Assembly: GCA_951406725.2 (NCBI GenBank)
Contig: OX597832.1
Coordinates: forward strand, 67,704,001-67,768,000
DNA: 64,000 bases
Direction of reading: 5' to 3'
Source of the DNA: Octopus vulgaris
Lineage: Eukaryota
Part shown: in pieces, positions 55,356 through 64,000 of the stretch
How the letters are laid out: every line of letters begins with the position of its first letter
Numbering within the stretch: the stretch's first letter is position 1
Position numbers and translations under genes: made by a program
The notes under the pieces: generated by a model
What the model was told of the DNA's origin: nothing
Seen by the model: the letters and a program-made list of their open reading frames with translations, nothing else
Database searches by the model: none

Positions 55356-56009
55356 GCTGTTCTTATTGTTGTTGCTCTCATTCTTCTTATTAGTAGTAGT
55401 ATTACTAATTTTACTTTTACAATTTGTAAACAAAGGTAGGAACAACAAAAAATATTTCAAAACTAAAGACGAGATATTTTACATTTGAATCTCAGCAAAG
55501 ATAGCAGGCGACGCTAAGATAATAACGAGAATTATCATGCGAAAGAATATGAAAGAAAATGAGTGAAAACAAAAGGTTGGATTGCAAAATTTCGAGATTG
55601 CTCTTATTCCTTGAATGTTTTCTTTAGACGTTTTACATACATTTTGATATATACATGCATACAGAGGTACGTTTATATATATATATATATATATATATGA
55701 GCATATATATTTATGAATGTATATGTATTTGTATATACTTATAATTATATATATATATATACATATATATACACACATATAAAAAATATATATATATGCT
55801 CATATATGCATGTGTGTGTATGTAATGTATAATGTATATATGGAGATACACACATTTCCTATATTTGTATATATATGAGTGTGTATATGCTGATGGATAT
55901 GTAAATATGTTTTGGGTTTATTGTAAAAAAAATTCTATAATATTTTACAGTTGAGTTTTGTAATATGAAAGAATTTGTATTCTTTGTGTATGCGCAATTG
56001 TGTTGTGGC

Positions 56010-56149
56010 TATATGATAAGAACTTTGCTTCTCAACCACGTTGTTCAGGGTTCACTGCTAGTGCGTGGCATCTCTAGCAGGTGTCACTTTAGCTAGGAAA
56101 AACCATCACCCTGTGAGTGAATTTTGTAGACGGATATACAAAGGAGCCC

Positions 56150-56187
<38 letters not shown>

Positions 56188-56270
56188 AATATTAGGGAAT
56201 AAATCCAAACTTACAGGGAAAAATCAGATTTAGGATTGAATCCAATTTTATAGTAAAATATTATATTAAT

Positions 56271-56334
<64 letters not shown>

Positions 56335-56819
56335 GCCTTCATCTATTTGTAATATGAGAACATAACTTTTTTCTCTCTCTTTTTTTCGTTCTTTTCTCTT
56401 TTGAATAAACATTTCTCCCAATGTTCACCATTTTCCTTTCGTTCTTGTCTAATGACCCTCCATGTTTGTTTTCGTTCGGTTTCCTTGTACGTCTCCACTC
56501 TCAAGTTTGACCCTCTATAAATTCTAAATTTTATTTTAGAAATTATGGGACCAATATATATATCAAGACTCATACTACCGTTCAATGCTATAAATAAGTA
56601 GTAGATAGACAACCGATAACTGATGAGGGGTCTTTTCTCTGTGTTTATTGGTACTGTTTTCCTTTCTTCTAGTTGTTTACGTATTTAACTCATCTATTTG
56701 CGTATTTCATTTTATTTGTACCGTTAGTGACGTCTTGTAGCCATATATATATATAAATATATATATTATATATTGTATATTATCTATTATTTCTAATTGA
56801 ACACAACGCATCCATTTCC

Positions 56820-56869
<50 letters not shown>

Positions 56870-57030
56870 TTGGTGTGTTTATGTCCCCGTAACTTGACCG
56901 TTCTGCAAAAAACACTGACATGATAGTTACAAAACATGAAGAAATAATTACTCGCGACGATTCATTAGGCACAAATTTTTAAGGCCTCAGGTTAATCACT
57001 GAAACAAGTAAATGGTGAAAGATAAAAGAT
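56010..57030 (+). mobile_element. tRNA-derived SINE split by insertions in its internal (TA)n (head 56010-56150, tail ~56865-57030)
   Basis: Degenerate head and tail in the same orientation, separated by TA tracts and PLE-like fragments. Confidence 0.6.
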
Positions 57031-59081
57031 AAAAATTCTGCAAAGTTTTCTAAGCTTATGAGTAATGTATATATACATATATACGCAAATATCGAAGGGT
57101 TAAACAATTAAACACCGTATTGGTCAATAAATGCTTTTTGTGGTTTATAAAAGTTAGCAATTGTTTCATGTCGCTAGAAATCTCTCAAAAAAATTAAGCC
57201 AAAGACATGGGGAATATTATCACCATTATTCGTGTGGTTGTCAGTTAGAATTAAATGAAAGAATATGAAAAGGCTTGCGATATTTCTCTATGCTCAAAGC
57301 ATTTACGGCTATGCTTACTCTTTCCTCCAAATCGTACTCCTAGAGGAGAATACCAATGAATGAATAGGGTGGTGATCTTTTAGGCAATACTATACTCAAT
57401 AGTTGTGATTGTTTGCCTACATTAGAAATTATGCTAAAGTTATTGTTGTGTAATTGTATGGTTTCGTAGCTGTATGTTGGGCAATTGTTATCCACTATAG
57501 CCTGGCTTGTCCTGGAGTTGGAATTTGATCCAAGACTTTGTGATGAGGACCTCTAAACTTTGATAAGAATTATGAAGAGAAATATCTGTAGAAAGAGGAT
57601 TATGAAGAAAGATGTAAAGAAAGAGGAGAAAGACGAGAACAAGCAAATATTATAAAGAGACGTCTGGGGGATGGTGAGAGAAGAGGTGGCAGAACGTAAA
57701 ACATTGATTAACCTTACATTATGTAAATTTGGGAATAAGGCCTGCAATTTTGGAATACGCTTTGCAATTTTAGGAAGTTGGATAAGGCAATTACATCGAG
57801 CCCAGTGATCCACTACCGCTTCTTTTATCGACCTTAAAACGATGAAATTGAATGTTGACTTTCAATTGAAATTTACGGTGCCGAAGGAGATGTTGCTAAG
57901 TATTAGCAGCACGTTAACCATTGTTCCAGCTTAACAGCTTAAGTTCACCAGACATAAATAATAGAGTATATTGTGTAGCCAGATCAGCAAAATCACACTG
58001 ACCGTTGATACCAAGTTTAGTTGTTTCATGTTTATATTATACTGCATTTCTTATTGCTCATATCATAATCTGTCGTTTAGTGTTTATATTGTAACTACCC
58101 GTCTTCGTTATTATATCTGGTGCTAACTTTACTTATTATTATTAATTTTGATTAATCCTGTGTCCCTTACGTTCATACTTGTCTATTATTAACTTCGTTC
58201 CAGCGCAGACAACCCCGATTCTTGCAGCTATTTTTACATATTTTATCAACATAATTAAGGCCCTCAAAAAATTGCAAATGTGTTTTAGAAAGACAAGAGT
58301 TAATTCAAATAAATTAATTTACATGTTTGCTTATTAATTTAACCTTACTTTGCAGACACATTAGTTTAGTATAAACATGACTACTTTGATGAATTGACGA
58401 CTAATTTTCCTTTCTGTCCAAAATCAATTAGAAAAAATGTTTAGCCATATTCTATACATAACTTTTTTTAAATAGTAGGAAAGGCTACAAAAAATAACGC
58501 TTCTTTACAAAATGTTTTCAAATTAAAAAAGTTAGGAATGAGGAGTCAGATGACGTAAGCAAAATATTTCTAGTTTATTGAAGTTTCCTGTTTAGTGAAA
58601 CAAAGAGAACAAAACCTGAGTGGCATCTGTATTAAACGAGGGGAGATAATTTCACTGAACTGCATAATTAAATTCATTAATTTGATTTATTTGTTTAGTA
58701 AGCGGGAATATAACTTTTTCTTCGCAGGCAGGGTGACAACTACAGGTGTGCTTCAATTTTAAAAAGACCATATCAGATTAGCTCAGATCATTTTTTATGC
58801 ATAGCAAATCATATGACACTTCTTTTAGACAATATATTGGTAGAAAAACGTACAACATGATAAAATAGAGATGAAGAATAAAAGAGGTTGAGCCAAATCC
58901 TCCGTTGTTCAATAAGACATCAATCTGTTTCACTTGGCTGAATACATTTTATTAAGGTAGAAATCAGCTTCATTAATCCCAGCTATAAAATTTTTATCAT
59001 ACACATATTAGAAAGGAAATCAGAGATACACTCACAGTCGTTCACTCCTATGCATCATGAGTGTGTGTGTATGTATGTATG

Positions 59082-59151
<70 letters not shown>

Positions 59152-59155
<4 letters not shown>

Positions 59156-59725
59156 TGTCCAGTCACTTTCGAGTGCTATTGGTAACATGTAACCCAGTGC
59201 AACCTGTTGCATGGTCGGGCCGTCGGCGACTAAACTGGCAACCCAACCAAGCTTGCTTGGTGAGGAGGGTGTTTATTGGACACACTGAGGGATGAAAAAC
59301 AAAACCCGTCAAAGGGCGGAGGAACTCTTGAGAGTCAATAAATATGTAATTATATATTTACTGTATATCTGCCTTTTTCTCACTAATTTTTATATATTGT
59401 ATATTTTTATAGCTTGCTCATTATATAAATTTTTATATACTTCACATCATATATTTTATGTATATTTTGTACATCAATGTTTTTTCTATATATATATATC
59501 GTATGTTTTATTTTTTATTTTTTCTCCTTATATCAATCTTATCCAGCTTAAAGCTGTATCATGCGCGGGGACAGAAATAATCGGACTAAATACCCAATCG
59601 CGCGGTTAAACAAATGGGAGTGAAGGACTCCCAGCCTTTGTTAGGGCACCCTTCTAGGAGAAGGTAACTCAGGTAACTAGGATAACTCTGACATAAAACC
59701 TACGGCTCAGTGGTTACCGATGATG
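59152..59725 (+). mobile_element. Probable LINE (RTE-like) 5'UTR fragments interrupted by an AT-rich insert
   Basis: GC-richer blocks at 59152-59340 and 59600-59725; motif tctaggagaaggtaactc recalls RTE-clade 5'UTRs (from memory only). Confidence 0.35.
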
Positions 59726-60037
59726 TTGACTTCTTCTTTTCGGATTATGGCTGCTGTTGCTTAGTGAGTGGGATTGACTCAGTGCACAGCCTTTCCTCAC
59801 TTTAAAAAAAATCTTCTTGCACAGGCATTGCACGATAACAACATTGATTGATTGATTAAATTGATTAGCTAATTCATGATTGTTGATGGCGCTGTGAGTC
59901 TCAACTGAGCGTCCGGCTGTAGCCTTAAAAAGCAAATTGCAGATCTTTAGCTGGGTTAAAAAGTCGCATTCGATCACAGCACACCAATAACAGATAAGCT
60001 TCGTGAAATGGCCATGCTCGATAACGAGGGGGCAGCC

Positions 60038-60071
<34 letters not shown>

Positions 60072-60171
60072 AGAAGAAAATGGAAATAATAACAATGGGA
60101 AACTCATGGTTTACACTGGCATGTCTTTAATTAAATAGGTAACAAAGAATTTAGAAGCAGAGATGAGGGTG

Positions 60172-60222
60172 GCATTTACGATCGTTTTGATTTACTGGAG
60201 TAAATAAATCTCTTCAGAATGC
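60172..60222 (-). ncRNA. Hammerhead-like motif, probably inactivated (G12A)
   Basis: Minus strand GCAUU CUGAAGA GAUUUAU..GUAAAUC AAAA CGAUCG UA AAUGC. Confidence 0.6.
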
Positions 60223-60544
60223 GAGTATAGATAGATGCATTATTTAGGATGCGAAAAATGATTGATACATATGTGATGGTAATGTAAACAAAATGGTAAT
60301 TTTTACATTTAAATTTTTTCCTTGCGCTGGTAAATTCACTGGATACCGGTTTGCTTGTAGTAGATTGGTTAGTTTCGTTGGGTAATTATATATATATAGT
60401 CTGTACGTATGACTGTAAGCAATCTATGTCGGTGTCTTTTCAAACACTGTCTGGTTTAAAAAGACACATCAAGCGCCATGATAAGGCGTAAATACAAGAC
60501 GTGGCCAGACTCTGCATGAGGAGTTGGCAAAAACCACATGACTT

Positions 60545-60825
60545 AGGGTTAGATCTTAAGGTCGTGTGTTCAATTCCCATGAGTTCATAGAGCAAGACAC
60601 TTTATTTCACATTGGTCCAGTCCACTCAGCTGGCAAATATGAGTAATACCTGTTTTTTAAAGGGCCAGTCTTGTCACACTTTGTTGTGTCATGCTGAATA
60701 TCCCTGGGAACTACGTTAAGGGCACACGTGTCTCTGGAGCGCTCAGCCACTTGAACGTTAATTGCGTAAGAAATCTGTTCCGTTGGTCGTATCAATTGCA
60801 ACCCTCGTTGTTGTAACCGATAGAG
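60545..60825 (+). mobile_element. Third tRNA-derived SINE family copy
   Basis: B-box-like gttcaattccc followed by gagcaagacactttatttcac..ccagtccactcagctggcaaa; a related fragment lies near 14360-14430. Confidence 0.55.
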
Positions 60826-61129
60826 TTCTCTTTTATATATATACATATATATATATATATATAGTTATATTTTTCTTACGAAAGATACGGAACGCATAGA
60901 ATTGCTCAAATCAAGCCTGAGACGTTAAACAATTATACTAAATAGAATGAAGAAAGTTCATATCAGGTAAACCGCAATGAACACATATGTATACATATGT
61001 TATTAAGAGGAAAATTGTCCAAAACATATATTGATATATTAAAAAAAACATATAAAAATATTAAAAATATATGAATATTTAAAATATATATGGACATATG
61101 AATATAAACACATAGTAATAATATATTGA

Positions 61130-61695
61130 AGATTAGGCCGTTTCATGGGTTCAGTCCGAGTAAAAATGAAACGTAAAATTCATTTTCAGATAAAGCCTCC
61201 TTCATGATCTAAGCTTGGAGTCATTTGAAGTTGGAGTTTATTTCTATTTATGGACGCAATTGTAAATCCCAAATTCGACGTGGTAGAACAAGAAAGCTTC
61301 ATAGAGTGTTTGCTAAATATGGGATAATATTTGTAGTGCTTAGAAAATTTATTTTCAATATCTTAAAGAACAGTTTTGGTAATTTTTTGACTTTGAGAGA
61401 AAGTTGGGGAGTGGGCGAAACAAATAATTTCTCTTTTTCTAGATTTAGAGTGGGTACCACATTAGGGTGTTTAAGTATAGAGGAACTACATTTATTACGG
61501 TTACTAAATGAAGGTTATGAAGTTTGCTATGGTTAAAATTTTTCTTATACTTAAGGAAGAAATCGTATTAGTAATTTCAAGATTAATATCAGGCGAGAGA
61601 TTAGCTAATTTGATTTTGAGTTTGGTATCATGGATGTAGAAAATATGAACATGAAAGCCGCTTGATTTTAGGTCTTGGTTATAAACTGGAGCACA
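61130..61695 (-). mobile_element. Decayed PLE fragment (RT-to-endonuclease linker region)
   Basis: Minus translation ..KFSKHYKYYPIFSKHSMKLSCSTTSNLGFTIASIN resembles the PLE linker also seen at 50.8-50.95 kb. Confidence 0.5.
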
Positions 61696-61697
61696 TG

Positions 61698-61912
<215 letters not shown>

Positions 61913-62229
61913 AGGGAAAATGGTTCCAAACTTACAGGGAAAATTCAATTTAGTAATACTAAATCAAATTTCACAATATATGTATATAAATTACAGAACA
62001 ACCACCATGTAGCAATTCAACAATGATATACTTAAATCTTACTATAATAAAAAAATTAAAGATACGATAAAACATTTATCTAGAACTAAATAAAGTACAA
62101 AATAATAAATAACTAGTATATAATTTATTTAGTTCTAGACGGGGGTTTTCTCTCGTCTGTGTGTATTATTCCGATGTTCTTCTTCCAGCTGTCCTCAAGC
62201 TTACTAGAATAAGGTTCCCAGCTAGTCGT

Positions 62230-63050
62230 TCAGCTATTTTTGAACCATTTCCTCCGTAGCAAATCAACGACACTGTAAAGAAAGCGCATGTGGCCCAAAG
62301 ACGAGATCTGGACAGTATTCAGAGGGTTCAAATAACTTGAAACCCAACTCTTTAATGGCTTGACAAACTTTTCAATGGCTTGAACGGTATAGGCGGCCGC
62401 ATGTTGGGGTGTATTTTCGTGCAAGAATGACACTTCAATAGACCTCAGCGTTTGATACAAATTACCGGTTTCTGCTAATTGGTTGGCAATTCTCTGAAGC
62501 CTACACTAGTATGAGGTTGAGTCTTCAATATCATTTTCGCTTCCGATTTTAGGTGTTTACACTCCATAGTGTATTTTTCGGAATCTGACTCAAAGTGATT
62601 GGCCCAGATCATGTCTCCTCTGACCATTCTCTTAAAAATCAAAAGCTTCGCCTTCATCGCTGTTGCGGTCGAGCAATCAATTTCCAGAACACTATATATC
62701 TGCACTTTATGCGATTCGACCAGCTCTTTCTTGGTACCCAACTGGCAGACTTTATGGAAGAGATGCTTGCAGAACCATAGCTAATTTTCAGAGAGTACAC
62801 TATCTTAGCGATAGTCAATCGTCGTTTCACCGGAACCATCTCTCGAGCTTGTTGAATTTTCACGTCAAGAGTGGGGACTAATGGGTGTCATTTATCCTCT
62901 TCGTCCTTCACCCTTCATGATATTAATTTTTTTAATATTCCGAGAAGCTCATGCCCGTTTCAACACAATAGAGCACTAATCCCGATCAGGGTTGATAGTA
63001 TGCGATGAATTTCAGCCCCTGACAAGGCCTTTGTTGTTCAGGCTTCTGCC
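62230..63050 (-). pseudogene. Mariner-family transposase relic
   Basis: RRLTIAKIVYSLKISYGS, WVPR, GDMIWANHFESDSEK (cf. GDETWVHH) and HENTPQH (cf. HDNARPH), across frameshifts; TIRs not identified. Confidence 0.7.
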
Positions 63051-63918
63051 ACTAGAAACTATTTAATGCATCAGTCTCCAGCCTATCTGAGTCATTGTAT
63101 GCAGTCTTACTGCTATGTGGTGTGCCTTTGTTTTTCACCGTTTCTTCCCTGTTCGTCGGTTTTTGCAATGGCTGAAACGAAGGAACAACGTATATACACC
63201 GGTGTGTATGCGTACGTGCTTGTGTACGTGGGTGTGTGATTATAAATATATTGATTAATTAATTAATCTACCGTTAATTTTAATTAGATTATTCATTTCC
63301 TTGTTATATGATGTTGGGTTGGCTGGCCATTTAAGAAATTAATTTATTCTGATGAAGTTTGTCAGATCTGACGTAAAATTGCTCTCAGCTTAATAAGGAG
63401 CTCCATTTTGAGAACATATTTAACATTACAAATGACATAGATTTTGTCTATTTCCTTTTTAAGATTGTTTGATGGCAATGGCGAAGGAATACTCGCAATG
63501 CTGACTAGCTGTAAGCAGCCTGTTTTGACATAAAAGTGAATTTCTTTTATGTCTATCTCTATAATACACACATCTCGAATATGTTTCTGCGGTAACTGCT
63601 GGACTGCTACCTACAGATCAATGTTGGTAGCCGATTGTGCGAATGGATTATGTAGATGTAGAGGTTATTTTCTTGGTAAGAGAAGGTACCTCACAACTAC
63701 AATTACGTATTGCATGATGTTTGAGGGAATATGTTACAGAAAGCAAACAGAAAAGAGAGAATAGATCATGCCACGTTTGGAGGAAGTTAATTTACATTAT
63801 ACGAACCCTATAGCTTCTACATATAATGATACAACATCATTACCTATTTATCTATCTATCTATCTATCTATCTGTCTATCTATTCATTTATCTACTTAAC
63901 ACGAAAGACAGACAAATT

Positions 63919-63933
63919 GATAGATAGACAGAC

Positions 63934-64000
<67 letters not shown>
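63919..64000. repeat. (GATA)n microsatellite (others at ~4645-4720 and ~28605-28700)
   Basis: Direct reading. Confidence 0.97.

Overview
AT-rich, microsatellite-saturated eukaryotic DNA. The SINE families and repeat landscape suggest an Octopus (coleoid cephalopod) genome; this is inferred from remembered repeat motifs, not from a search. I can support no host protein-coding exon, and nearly all short ORFs in the track are translations of (TA)n/(GT)n/(AAT)n tracts. The real content is mobile DNA. It includes a near full-length Tx1/L1-clade LINE (18972-24717: intact CCHC ORF1, disrupted APE-RT ORF2), two decayed relatives, a full-length IR/DR Tc1 transposon (30117-31742) and a mariner relic. 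There are also several Penelope-like (PLE) RT/GIY-YIG pieces, one with ~735-bp inverted pseudo-LTRs (48843-52985), and many tRNA-derived SINEs. The main unannotated signal is a set of about ten type I hammerhead ribozyme motifs, read by eye. Most lie in PLE pseudo-LTRs or in ORF-less, terminally redundant ~540-560-bp units. One, a U3-A8 core variant, lies in a structured module at the 3' end of the Tx1-like LINE. That LINE is also bracketed by an 89-bp direct terminal repeat, giving an APE-type LINE with a Penelope/retrozyme-like end architecture.
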